Source of the DNA: the human T2T-CHM13v2.0 reference genome, Homo sapiens
Assembly: GCF_009914755.1 (NCBI RefSeq)
Contig: NC_060934.1
Direction: 5' to 3' (one strand)
DNA: 64,000 bases
Shown piece after piece: positions 25,132 to 39,065 of this stretch (within the stretch, counting starts at the first letter, position 1; every line of letters starts with the position of its first letter). The position numbers and the translations under genes were made by a program. The notes under the pieces are model-generated. The model worked only from the letters and a program-made list of their open reading frames with translations, was not told the origin of the DNA and did not search any database.

Positions 25132-25445
25132 GGAAAGAAGCCCAGGTGCGCTCTGGTGTAAGGCCATCCAGAAGCTGCAGTGATACCCTCATGCACACAG
25201 GTGGTGGGTGGAAAGAAGCTCAGGTGCATCCTGGTGCAAAGCTGTCCCGGAAACTGCAGTAATACCCTCATGCACACAGAAGGTGGATGGAAAGAAGCTC
25301 AGGTGCATCCTGGTGTAAGGCCATCCAGAAGCTGCAGTGATACCCTCATGCACACAGGAGGTGGATGGAAAGAAGCTCAGGTGCATCCTGGTGTAAGGCC
25401 ATCCAGAAGCTGCAGTGATACCCTCATGCACACAGAAGGTGGATG
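25132..25445. repeat. 78-bp minisatellite x4
   Basis: ggaaagaag at 25132, 25210, 25289, 25367. Confidence 0.95.
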
Positions 25446-25722
25446 TTGTTTATTGAAATTAGAATCTGATCAGGTCTCCTTTATTTGGTCTGGTGACTCT
25501 ATCCAAAAGCAGTGGGGCTTGTCCCCAGACTAGCACTGACGTCATTGAGACCAGGGCCTCCGACCAGGGCTGGCAGCTGTGAACGTGCCAGGCTGTACGA
25601 AGGCCTTGTGGCTGTGGCTGGTGAGGGTGGTGCCCAGGGGACGGTGGGAAAGGACGGTGGGTGGAGCGAATGTGCAGCCCCACCATCCCTGCCGCACACG
25701 ACACACAGGGAGCAGCCCAATG

Positions 25723-26107
25723 TGCTGCATGTGAGCTGTGTCCCCCAAAGTCCCATGCTGAAGCCCTAACCCCCAGGACATCAGACGGTGACTGTATTTG
25801 GAGATCGGGATCTTCAAACAGGTAATTAAGATAAAATGAGATCATTAGGATGGGCACAAATCCGATCTGCCTGGTGTCCTTATAAAAAGAGGAGATGAGG
25901 ACACAGACACAACCAGAGGGACAACCCTGTGAGGACACAGGGAGAAGACAGTGGCTGCAAGCCATGAAGAGAAGCCTTAGGCAGAGCCAGCCCTGTGGAC
26001 ACGCTGATCTCAGACTCCAGCCTCCAGGACTGTGGAAGCAGGAAAGTCAGTTGCTCCAGCCACCCCATCTGCGGGGCTTCTTTCAGCAGACCCAGCAAAG
26101 CAAGGCG
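25723..26107 (+). mobile_element. MLT1B-like MaLR solo LTR
   Basis: tgtgtcccccaaa...gaagccctaacccc...gtgactgtatttggagat...gtaattaagataaaatgag...ggtgtccttataa...cagcctccaggactgt. Confidence 0.92.
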
Positions 26108-26656
26108 GTGTGTGCTGTATATCATTTATACCTCTTCACCACCCCATAGGATGGAAATGTGAACGAGGTGAACTTTAGGGGTTCCCAGCACTTCCCGCAG
26201 CGGAACAGATGGCACGTGCAGAGGCAGGAGGGCCAGGCAGCAAAAAAGAGCAGGTGACAAAGCATGAAGTCACACTCATCCCTGTTTTGAATACACATTT
26301 AAAAATATTGCGTTACTAAAATTTTCTTATTTTTCTTTAATGAGTTCATGTTAATTGTGACATTTTTAAATTAAAAATATAAACAACTTAGTTTCATTTT
26401 ATCACTGCAAGCGACTTTGAAACCTGCGTGAGGCTTTATTTCTAGGACAGACTTGAGCTTGAACAAGTCACTGGCAGTAGTGAGCTGGGAGCTGTGCTGG
26501 TGCAAAGGCAGCCCCGCCTGTGAGTGCTCGGCTTCCTGGGGCCCTTGGTGTGGGTCTGGAGGCTCCCCTGGCAGCCGTGGGTGCTGTCGGGCCGGGTACC
26601 CAAATCCTTGGCTGAACCACTGTTCTCCATGAGCTCACACTGTGTACCATGTTACC

Positions 26657-26870
26657 CCAAACACACACACACACACACAGAGAGAAGTGTGTGCACACAC
26701 ATGCTCATGCACACTCACACAGACTCAGGCACACATTCACGCCGCACACAGGTACACCTATGTTTATACACACAGGTACTCGTTTACAGACATATCCCCC
26801 CCATATATGCACACACACGCATATACACACACCTACAAACACCACCAGCACCCACAGGCCCACACTCATG
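26657..26870. repeat. CA-rich low-complexity tract
   Basis: (CA)n followed by degenerate cacaca/tata. Confidence 0.85.
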
Positions 26871-28109
26871 CATTCTCCCTGGGGCCCTGGGAGAGCTTCC
26901 CCATGCGCCTGGTGAGGCTGGGCGCTGGGGTCTGGGGTGGGACACAGAGGAAGGATGCCGCAGCCAGGGGCAGAGGTGGGCAGGGACCAGCAAGCCTGGC
27001 CCATCAGGGCAGGAGGCAGGTGGATAGCGAGCGGGATGGATCAGGATACCACGAGGTGGGAGAGCCCCAGGTGCCCACACTGCCTCAGTTTACCCTGCCT
27101 TCCAGCTCTGATAGGCTGGCATCCTCCTAGCACACCCCTTTATATCAAGTACTTAGAGTCAGGCAGGTGAAGATGCTCAGCGGTCACAGACCTGTCATCT
27201 GGGAATGTCGGTCACCTGTTCGAGGGCAAATACACTGTTTCCCATGAGGCTTAGAGCCCTGGCAAAACCACACAATGAATAGAAGGCACAATTTACATCC
27301 TCCTACGATTGCCTGCGTTAGACTCAGCCACATGGTTATGTGTGCCGCTGAATCATGTAATTTCTGCATTTTTTAAAGAAAGATGAAAATGGAGAAATTA
27401 TAGTATGCACATAACAGCAAGTTAATCATCAGTTGGTCGGAATCAAGAGAATTGTTGACTATGATTTGAGAGATTGTGACTCAGCTGTAAAGAGTACATG
27501 AGGAAACAGGCGCTCAATGAAAGCGATCCCTTTCTGATTTGACAGTCAAGGGGTGGAAGGGACTCTAAAATACTCTCCAGTGAGGCAGCATGTCACAGAC
27601 ACAGAGCACCTCACTTTTCTAAGTGAAGCAGAAATACTTCCTAAAAAATAAAATAAAGACTCCAAATCTGAGCTAGTTGATTTAAATATGCTAGTTTATC
27701 ATGTGAGAAAGAGGAAGGACGAACTTCTCAACAGAAGGCGAATTCCTTGGCCCCAACTGACACCTCTGAGGTTACCGCTGGTGACTTCTCATCCCAAACC
27801 CTCATCACACTTGGTCTGACTTCTGAGTGGTCCAGACATCCTGCACAGGCTGGCCATGGATGCCCAGGTGGCATTCTCTCCCCGAATCTCCCCAGACATG
27901 CCTGGTGTCTCTAGCAGCCGCTCACCTTTCAGGACTCAGGGGCTCCCTTTTGAAGTCTTGTCTGTTCACCCAGTAAACATTAGTTATCCCTGTTCACGAA
28001 AACAGTCTCCACTCCCCCAGGAATGTACAACTTGGACGAGGCAGACGAGCGAGTCACCAGTTGCTGAACAGTGCCCCCGAATTGTCTATGCTGTGTGCCA
28101 GATTTCTTT

Positions 28110-28408
28110 CTTATTTTTAAAAAACCTTTATCATGGTTTCAGGAGTACATGTACGTGTTTGTTGCACAGGTAAATCGCGTGTTGCCAGGGTACATTGGTG
28201 TACAGATTATTTCACCACCCAGCTCATATGCAAAGTGGCTGATAGATGGTTTTTCAATCCTTGCCCTCCTCCTGCCCTCCACCATCAAGCAGGGTGTGTA
28301 TTGGTCTTTCTTTGTGTTCATGAAGTCTCAACATCTAGCCCCCACTTATAAGTGAGAAAATGTGGTGTTTGGTTTTCTGTCCTGCATTAGTTCGCTTAGG
28401 ATAATGCT
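28110..28408 (-). mobile_element. Old primate L1 3'UTR fragment (L1PA13-16-like)
   Basis: gtacatgtacgtgtttgttgcacaggtaaat...cccacttataagtgagaa...tgcattagttcgcttaggataatg. Confidence 0.88.
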
Positions 28409-28507
28409 ATGCCATATTTCTAAAATTGTGTATATATGTTGGTCTGGCATTGTAACTTATCTCTTCACGGGTCTTTCTTTCTGAGATGAGAAAATTTGTC
28501 TTAAGGC

Positions 28508-29120
28508 TTTTTTTTTTTTAGAGATTTCATTTTATTTAGAGCAGTTTGTGGTTCTCAGCAAAGAAGGTAGAGAGAGCTCCCCTGTACCTCCTCCCCACAA
28601 ATGCACAACCACCCCGTTATCAAGTCCACAGATTAAGCTGGGGCTTACGCTTGGTGTTGAACCTTCTATGGGCTTGGACCGGTGGAGAGTGTCTTGGATC
28701 CACATTGGAACATCACACAGAGCAGCGTCCCTGCCCTAAAAATCCGCCATGCTCCTTCTGTTCCTCCCTCCTTCCCCACAAGCCCTGGCCACCACTGGTA
28801 TGTTTTCATAGCTTTATGTTTTCAGAATATACACCTTATAACCATTTCAGACTGCCTCATTCACGTAGCAACGTGCACTTAAGATTCCTCCAGGTTCTTC
28901 CATGGCTTGATCGCTCATTTCTCTCTGGGCTGAATCATGCACCATCGTGCGGATGAAGCCCAGTGCTTATTCCCTCACCCACTGAAGGGCATCTTGGTTG
29001 CCTCCTATTCTGAATAAAGCCGCTATAAGCATCTGTGTGCAGGATTTTGTGTGGACATGTTTCCAGCTCCTTTGGGTAAATACTCAGCGTGGAGCTGCTG
29101 GAATACGTGGTGAAAATGTT
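28508..29120 (-). mobile_element. L1MC/MD-age 3' end
   Basis: Poly-T, tttagagcagttt...ccatggcttgatcgctcatttct...actgaagggcatcttggttgc...gtgcaggattttgtgtggacat. Confidence 0.8.
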
Positions 29121-29479
29121 TACGGCCCTCTATATCCTCGCCAATACACTGACTAGAAGCAGGGATAGAACCTGGTCTGGGAGAAGACTGCTGTGGGGCC
29201 AGCAGTCCTCAAACGATGTTCAAGGTGCGGGGAAGAAGCCTGGAACTGTTGTGAGGCTTAAACCCATCAGACGTTCCGCTCGTGGGAGCTTTCCCTGTGA
29301 CAGCTACCTGGAAGCATACACCCAGTTCCACTGGAGCTGGGTTTCTAGGAAGGTGCTGCCTCTGCTGGTAGAGAAATGTCACCATCTCCCCCGAGGACAG
29401 GAGCTCAGGCGGCCACGTGGCCTCTTCACTCCCAGAGCAGGAGGCGCAACAGTGGAGCCTGGGCCCTGGAGCCACCTCC

Positions 29480-29635
29480 TGAGTTCCCAGCCTGGCTCTA
29501 CTCCTTGTTAGCTGCCACCGTGACCAGGTAATGAGCCTGTACGTAAACCTGTAGAATGGAACAACAGTAACTACCACAGGGGTAGGTCTAGAGTATCTGA
29601 TACTACTCACCTCATGGATAATTTTTGAGTATTAA
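29480..29635 (+). mobile_element. MIR remnant
   Basis: ctgagttcccagcctggctcta...tagctg...ctgtagaatggaacaacagtaactacc. Confidence 0.5.
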
Positions 29636-29829
29636 GTGTGTGTGTGTATACCTATATACATACATGTGTGTGAACATACATCTGGATAGAGCTAGATATA
29701 GACAGAGAATGTATACACAGCACATACAGATGAGAGAACACACTCAGAGTCACCTGCACATACATAGACATAGTGCATAGAGAGAGACACAGATGCACCC
29801 AGATAGGCATAGAGATGACTTAGAAATAG

Positions 29830-29830
<1 letters not shown>

Positions 29831-29866
<36 letters not shown>
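29831..29866. repeat. (TG)18 microsatellite
   Basis: Pure TG run. Confidence 0.97.
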
Positions 29867-29869
<3 letters not shown>

Positions 29870-31324
29870 AGAGGCCAAGATCTCAGCACGCTGCCCACAC
29901 ATGCTAAGTACACAGTGGCTGTTTTCTCTGCCCTGGAACAGGAAACCATCTCCTCCCCCAGAGGCCACTTCCCTACTCACTGCGGTCCACTGAGCTTGGT
30001 TGACACTCGAGCTGCATAAACAGCACTTGACTTGAGGTCCGAGCAGACCTTCTTAATCTAATCAGCTCTAAAATACTTGCTGTCAAGGGCTAACAGCCTC
30101 TTGAAGAAACTTGGGACCATTCCACGTTTCATTTACATGATGGATGAGAGGCAGAAATGGATTAAGTGGTAGATGAGCACCTTGGGACACAGGAAACCAT
30201 TTGGAGTTGGAGTTGTCTCTGGCCCAGCTACTTCGGCAGCAGTGGGAAGTGACGTGACCCTGCGTTACCTGCTGGTGGCAGAGGGAGGGCCTCGCTGCCT
30301 CCCATGCTCAGTCTCAGGGCCCCTATCAGCAGCAGCCCTCACTGGGGTCTGCCCAGCACTGACCCACAGCTGGTAGATCCCTGCGTTTGACTCCACATTT
30401 TATGCCTTAGGAAGCAAAATCCATCCTCGTGCTGCCCTGGTTTCCCTGGCAGTGTCAGAAGACCAGAAATGGCCTTCGAAGAATAAATCCATGCATTTTT
30501 TTCTTGATATATTTTCCACCTTTACTGGAGATGAATGACAGTCATAGCTACAGAACGATGACCACTTCCATTGCAACTGCCACCATGTTTGAATGCAATG
30601 GGTGCACCAAGCAGCACCCTCAGCCAAACAGTCAGTGCCAGTGCATGAACTCAAGCCACATCTGCTGGTGTCTGTGGCTCGACCCTAACACTAGTGCAAA
30701 TGCTACTCTTCTCAGGCTGCTCAAGCTCCTCTCACCCTCCACAAATTCCCATGAGTTCCATGTCACAGGGAAGCATGGTTTTCAGGAAGATCAATGTCAG
30801 CCAGGCCCCATTCAGCACCCTCCTCGTAGTGCCCTTCAGCACTGATTTCATAATCATGGTGCCTCTGCTCAGACCCAGGGGCTATAAGAGCCCCCAGCTC
30901 TGATGAGCGTGTTAATGACACTACAGAGCAGTCATGGGCCTGTCTTGGAAAGGCCTCCCTGGTGCATGGGCTGAGCCACTTGTGTCTCTGTATTCCCAGA
31001 TGCATCCACTTTGTACTTGTTGTCACCAATATTGCTCTTTCTCCGGGTGACTGCGATTTCATCTATCATCACAAAGTAATTGTTGGATTAAGGACGAACA
31101 ATTTTTCAGGATTTCAGCCATTGGGACTTCATGCCATAGATCAACACTTGACCTATTCTGCCTCCACAGAGGTCACATTTCAATATGCAGTGTTTCAAAA
31201 TTTCACCTTCCCAGAGAAAAGTAAAAAATGCCACATGATAAGAGGATGGCAAGGGGTCACTGTCATAAAAACAGTTGTAGAATTGTATATACTGACAGGG
31301 CCCTTAATGCAAATATGATCTTGA

Positions 31325-31512
31325 GAATCTACAGAGCTTTGCATTTTACAGATAGCTTTCAAGTCTGATTTATCATTTGGTCTTTGCAACAGCCCTGTGC
31401 AGTGTATAAAGCAGAATTTTTAAGATGAAGTGATGCAGGCCTAAAGGAGATGAATGGCTTACTAAAATAGATAATTAGGTCAACAAAGAACTCAGCCCAC
31501 CCCCAAGTCAGA
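31325..31512 (-). mobile_element. MIR remnant
   Basis: tcatttggtctttgcaacagccctgtg...agatgaagtgatgcaggcctaaaggagatgaatggctt. Confidence 0.5.
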
Positions 31513-33263
31513 TGCTTAGGTATGAATCTAACGAATCATGTACAAGATATGAGGAAAACTACGAAACTCGAAAGAAAGAAATTCAAGAACCAAATGAGAG
31601 AAATTTCATGTTCATGGATAGGAAGACTCAGTATTTTTAAGATGTCAGTTCTTCCTCACTTGATTTGTAGATTCAATATATTCTCAATCAAAATCTGAGC
31701 AAGTGATGTTGTGGATATCACCAAACTCATTCTAAAGTTTATGTGGAGAGGCAAAAGGCCCAGAGTAGCCAATACAATGCTGAAGGAGAAGCACCAACTG
31801 GTGAAAGAAAGGACAAATAGATCAGTGGAACAGAATAGAGAACCCAGAAATAGACCCACACAAATACAGGGTTAGGGTTAAGGGTTGATTGTTGACAGAG
31901 CAGCAAAGGTGCTATAATAATTAGACATCCGCAAGCCAAAAAATGAGTCCAGACACAAATCTAACAGCTTTTGTAAAAATTAATTCAAAATGAATCACAG
32001 ACCTAAATGTAAAATGCAAAGCTATAAAACTCCTACAAGATGACATAGGAGAAAATGTAGATGACCTTAGGTATGATGCTGACTTTTTAGATACGACACC
32101 CAAGAAACAATCCATAAAAACAAAATCAATAAATGGGACTTAATTTAAAAACTTGTGCACGGTAGAACCCAACATCAAGAAAATGAGAATGCATACCATA
32201 GATTAGGAGAAAATATATAAAGGACAGTTAAAACTCAACAATAGAAAAACAAACAACCCAATTAAAAAATGCACCTAAGACCTTAACTGATACCACGCCA
32301 AAGAAGAGATACAGATGGCAAATCAACCTATGAAAAGTCGCCCCGTATCATGTCACTAGAGAACGCAGATAAAAACACCAATGAGATGCCACTACACCCC
32401 TAATAGCATGGCCAAAATCCAGAACATGGACACCCTGGATGCTGGTGAGGATGTGGAGCAGCAGGAACTCCCATCATTGCTGGTGGGAATGCAAAATAGC
32501 ACAGCTTCTGTGGATGACAGTTCCATGGTTTCTAACAAAAGTAAACATTGTTTGGTCATATGATCCAGCAATCGTGCTTCTTGGCATTTACTCAAAGGAG
32601 TTTAAAACTTATGTCCACGCAAAAACCTGCACTTGGATGGTTGTAGGAGCTTTATCCATAACTGCCAAAACTTGGAGCGACCAAGAGGCCCTTCAGTGGG
32701 TGAATGGATACATCGTCTGTGGTTCATCCAGATCATGGCATATTATCCAGCTATTCAGTGCTTGAAAGAAATGAGCTACAAAGCCACAAAAAGACACGGG
32801 GGAAATGTAAGTGCATATTGCTAACTGAAAGAAGAAAGACCATCTGAAAAGGCTACATCCTATAGGAGTCCATCTCTAGGACATTCTGGAAAAGGTGAAA
32901 ATTTGCAGACAATGAAAAGATCAGGGGTTGCCAGGGTTTGGAGGAGGGGGAGGTAAACAAGTGGAGTACATGGGATTTGGGACAGAAAAATCACCCTGTA
33001 TGGTGCTGTATACTGTAATGGTGGATACATGCCATTGTACATTTGTCTACACCCACAGAATGTACAATACATTCTGCTATGGTGAACCCTAATGTAAACT
33101 GTGAACTCTGGGTGGGTGGTGGTGATTGTCAATGTAGGTTCATCGACTACAACAAAAACCCCCTTTGATGGGCAGTGCGGACAGTGGGGGAGGCTGCGAC
33201 TATACTGGGGACAGGGGCATGGGGTAACTCTGTACTCACCACTCAATTATGCTGTGAACCCCA

Positions 33264-34201
<938 letters not shown>

Positions 34202-35685
34202 ACCCCCAAATTATTAAAGTCTATTAACAACAAACAGCCACAAAAAGTCCAACCCAGTTCTTCTGACCCCAGTCTTTGGCTTTCTACTCCTGCAGCAACT
34301 ACAAGAATTATGAGGCAGCAAAGGGTATTGGCTGAAGGACCCCGAGTGCTTGATCTGAAAGCCACCAAATCCAGAAGATGAGGCACCTGAGAGCAGCTGG
34401 CGGGATGGTCGGGAATGGCTCAGCCCACATTTTCAGATGCATTTGACTTCACTTCCGGAATAGAGTGAAGCCTTTCTTGTGGGAAGATCAATGCAGGCTG
34501 GCATTTCAACATGGTGCCAAGGTCAGGATCTCACTTTCCTAAGTGATTACCTGCATCTCTGCCCCGAGGGGATCTGCTCACCTTACTCAATCAGGTGATG
34601 GTTAGATCTTTCTCAACACCTTTTTCTTTCAAGTAAATCTCAAGTTGCTTTGCCCAGAAAACAAGGAAAACCGACTCCTTCCTACACAGAGAATAGATTC
34701 CTGGATTCTCTGCGATTATTTAATGTCAGTGGAAAAACATTCTCATTACTGTAGCTGGGAAGAAAAAAATGTGTTGCACAAGTGTGATTTCTATTCAGGA
34801 CGTAGTGTGGGTTTGTGAGTAGCATAAAGAAATATATAAAACGCCTCCTTTATTAACTCGTTAAAATATGAAACAATAAACAGAAATGAAATACAATGTA
34901 ATGAAATCAATATATAAGTTAGGGTTGTTTTTAATTATAACTTAAATTAACCAGGGTATCTCCATTGTGCAAGAATTTATTTCCAAAACTAAAATGAAGT
35001 CTATAAACGTGCACTCAATTACACCGGGGAATTGCAAATTTTCTGTCTTCTGGCATTCAAAAGATTTTTGTTTCATTAATGGCTAAAATGATTATAACCG
35101 CTTGTATACTCATTTCCTTTACCAAAGGTGCTTATCTCCTTTCCTGAGTACACATAGTTTGACAGTAAAATTAATTTGTCCCTAAAGAATGATTTTGACC
35201 TCAAAAACAAAACAACAAAACAAAACAAAAAGAACAATGATTTCTGACATGAAGGCTCCAGAGATGTAAGTCGGGTTCTGGGCATCCGGGGGCCCTTTAG
35301 AGACCCTCAGGGGTTCCTCCAGCAAAGGGGAACGGCTGAGGTTCCAGTCCTCATCCAGACAGAAGAACTCAGCTTTGTTTTAAATATAGGACTTTCTTGC
35401 TTCCCTTGAAAAATGAAAAAATGTTTGAAAATCACTCCTTCAGCAGGGTGTATGATCATGGTGTAGGTTCGGTTTCAGACAGAAGAAGGTGGTTCTGTGT
35501 GAATATGGTTATGCATTTGGTCTATTTGTTGTTTTGATTTTTTTTTTCATAAGCACTTACAAAGCAATATAGGTAAGTGTGGGGAGATAGCGTGGGTTCC
35601 CGTGAGAAATAATACTGATCTCTTTCTTGTGCCTCAGCTGAACAATTTGAAACCAAGCATTTTATTTTTTTCTGTGCTAAACAAT

Positions 35686-36041
35686 TGATATGGTTTGTTG
35701 TGTTCCCACCCAAATCTCATCTTGAATTGTAGCTCCCATAATTCCCACGTGTTGTGGGAGCGACCTGGTGGGAGGTAATTGAATCATGGGGACGGTTCCC
35801 CCTGTACTATTCTCACGGTAGTGAGCCTTATGAGATCTAATGATTTTATAAGGGGTTTCCCCTTTCTCTTGGCTCTCATTCTCTCTTGACTGCCGCCATG
35901 TAAGATGTGCCTTTCATCCTCTGCCATGATTGTGAGGCCTCCCTAGTCTCATGGAACTGTGAGTCCATTAAGTGTCTTTTTCTTTATAAATTACCCAGTC
36001 TCGGTTGCGTCTTTATCAACAGCTGAAAGCGGACTAATGCA
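35686..36041 (+). mobile_element. THE1 (THE1B-like) MaLR solo LTR, 5-bp TSD
   Basis: tgatatggtttg...ggactaatgca; TSD acaat at 35681-35685 and 36042-36046. Confidence 0.95.
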
Positions 36042-36046
36042 ACAAT

Positions 36047-36390
36047 ACTATGACAAGGGGAAAATGACTTGGCTCCAGTAAATCTTTGTTTGACCCAATC
36101 ACAGGCTACACACTGAGGCCACCCTGGCTCAAGGCTCACTTCAAGACCCACCTTGCAGGACAAGCAGTTCTAAGCTCACAGGTCACACCCTCTCCCCAAT
36201 CCCTCCAGTTGCTGCCCTGAAACACTCACCTTAAAGCTGCCCAGCCCAGGCCTGAAACCCTGAACGTATCTTCCTCTATTCCCATTTTGAGATACCCCGG
36301 ATGCTATGTCAAGGTGGTTTTTTATCTGCAGCGGGTCCAACAAGCCTGGATTTGGTGATCAACAAAGCCCTTCCTTGGGTTTTTGGAGCA
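36047..36390 (+). mobile_element. Possible very old ERV LTR remnant
   Basis: cccagcccaggcctgaaaccc...ttttgagatac...ttggtgatcaaca loosely resembles ERV1-class LTR R/U5; family not assignable. Confidence 0.3.
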
Positions 36391-37302
36391 TGAGCAACCA
36401 ATATAAGGAACTTGATAGGCCAAATGATGGGAATTTAATGTGCAGATTGTCTTAAACAGATTCCCCCTTGGTAGACAGAGGTAGGTAGGCCAGACGGTGC
36501 TGCTGTTGGGAGGATTTGCTGGTGAACAATCAAACGCAGAAAGATGGCACCAAGAGTCACCCTTCTGCGGCTGGAACATCGCCTGGATGAAGGCAGAGAA
36601 AACCTTTCTATGCCTGATACTGAGCTCGGAATTTTGGCCTAAGGAGGAGAAAGTGAGTTCGACAGCCAGAAGTCAGGGAACAAAGGCAGGAAGACAGCCC
36701 GACCCTGGATGGATGCCAGCCCCTGCCTTGGGGTTCACACTCAATTCTGGAGGCAATGGGGTGTGGGATCTGCTTTGACACAAATTCATGAGAAAAAGAT
36801 GTGGAGAGCTTCGCAGATGACAAGATCGATACAGATCAAGACAGAGCTCCTGACAGAGGCAGCATGGCCTCCGATGCTTGGAGGAGTCGGCTTGAGGCCT
36901 GGCTGGCTTTGTTCTGATCAGGCCTATCCAGCCCAGAACCACAGCACAGCACCCTCATCCACATTTTAAAAAGCTCCCAAATCTAAAACCCTGTGGCTGG
37001 GAGACGTAACCTGAAGCGACCTAAGGCTCTTTGTCTTCTTGTGTACCCCTCTTCCTCTGAATATTCCTGTGTTCTCATGCACAAGTTACTGGCATGGCTC
37101 CATCAGTCCACTGGTTATTATTTATGTGCACCGAATTCCTTCCTTTCACATCGGAAAGACCCTGGTTCTGAATTCTGCCACATTTGTGGCGAACAGATGG
37201 TGGGCATTTTTAGGACTGATACTTTCATATGGGAACCTACCCACCTTCAGCCTGACCGCCAGCCTCCAGGGGAGAACGTATGGTGGAAAGGTGCGGACCC
37301 TG

Positions 37303-37545
37303 CCACGGTCAGGGCATCCATGGTCGGGGCATCCACGATCAGGGCATCCATGGTAGGGTGTCCACTGTTGGGGCATCCATGGTCAAGGCATCCACGGAGG
37401 GGCGTCTGCGGTCAGGGCATCCATGGTCGGGGTGTCCATGGTCGGGGTGTCCATGGTTGGGGTGTCCACAGTGGGGCATCCATGGTCGGGGCATCCACGG
37501 TCGGGGCGTCCATGGTCCAGGCGTCCACAGTCTGGGCATCCAGCT
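37303..37545. repeat. 15-bp minisatellite, ~16 units
   Basis: Unit gggcatccatggtcg with CpG-decay variants. Confidence 0.93.
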
Positions 37546-37602
37546 CCATCAGAACCATGGGCCCCGCCTCTTTGGCCTATGCTTGTCCATGGCCACCCCT
37601 GA

Positions 37603-37933
<331 letters not shown>

Positions 37934-38654
37934 CAAGTGGTTTTTAAATGGTCCTTCTGGCTTCAGCAGGTGCTCCTCTGGGAGCCAGGCTGTGAGCTGT
38001 GGGCTGGCCTTGCTGGATTTGGGGAATGGGCCTGAGAGAGTGTCCAGGCCCCTGTGGGCTGTGTGAGGTTGGCCTGGCTTGCTGGCAGCATCGCCTCCAT
38101 GGTTGCTCCCAGCACCTCCATGTCTTGGGTGCCCATGTGGTATCATCGCAAGGCATAGTGGCGCTGAGCCTGCACAGGTCAGTGGCCTTGGTGACTTCCA
38201 TCTGTGCTCATTTTCACATTTTGGTTGTGGCACCCAGCCCATTAGGAGCCTCAGATTGCTTGGCCAGACTGGGATCAGCTATTAATACCAGGAATTCAGG
38301 TTTTAATTAAGCATGGGTGAATCAGGCTCAAGATAATAGCTCCATATGACGAAGTTCATTCCATAACGTTGCTGGTTCTAATGTGAATGGGTTCTCGTTG
38401 ATTTTTATTCTAAATTTCATTTTTATGAATAATATATCCACATGGTTAAATAAAAAGTGGAAAACACATAAAAATAAGGCAGCAGTTCCCCCTCCTGCCC
38501 AGAGGCATTTTCTCTGGACCTGGTTCCTCATGGAGGCAGCACCAGTGTCTGTCATCGTGGTTCCCCTCTGGCCGTTAGACGAGAGGCTCTGCAATGCTGA
38601 CCGGAAAAAACCATGTGCTTTTGTCAGGCTTGGAGATTTGCAGCAGTCTTTTCA

Positions 38655-39065
38655 TGTATTTCATGTAGAGGTTGTAAAAGTTGGTAGCATAGTCAAACTC
38701 ATAGAAACAGAGAGCAGAAGGGTGGTTGCCAGAGCCGGAGAGTCGTGCAGGGGGTTGCTGGTGTGAGGTGGACGGTGGACGGTTTCAGGGATGGGAGGAG
38801 TGCCTTCTGGAGACCTGATGCTCAGCACGGGAAACGCAGTCAGTAACCGTGCGTCGTCTGCTGCAGGAGCTGTGATGAGAGAGTCTCCAGGGTGCTCAGG
38901 TTACTCAGTAAAAGGGGAACTGACCACCTGAGGCCACAGGCGTGCTACTGAGCACAGATGTGGAAATCGTTTCACAATGTACCTGTCCATCTAATGCCAC
39001 GCTGGGCTCCGCAAACAGGTGCAATTTCTATGTGTCGATTATACCTCAGTGAAACTGTTCTAAGA
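38655..39065 (+). mobile_element. L1MA/MB-age 3'UTR fragment
   Basis: agtcaaactcatagaaacagagagcagaagggtggttgccag...tgtcgattatacctcagtgaaactg. Confidence 0.75.

Noticed and set aside
22215-26107. Two MLT1 LTRs as ends of one provirus
   Set aside because: Opposite orientation and no internal MaLR sequence between them
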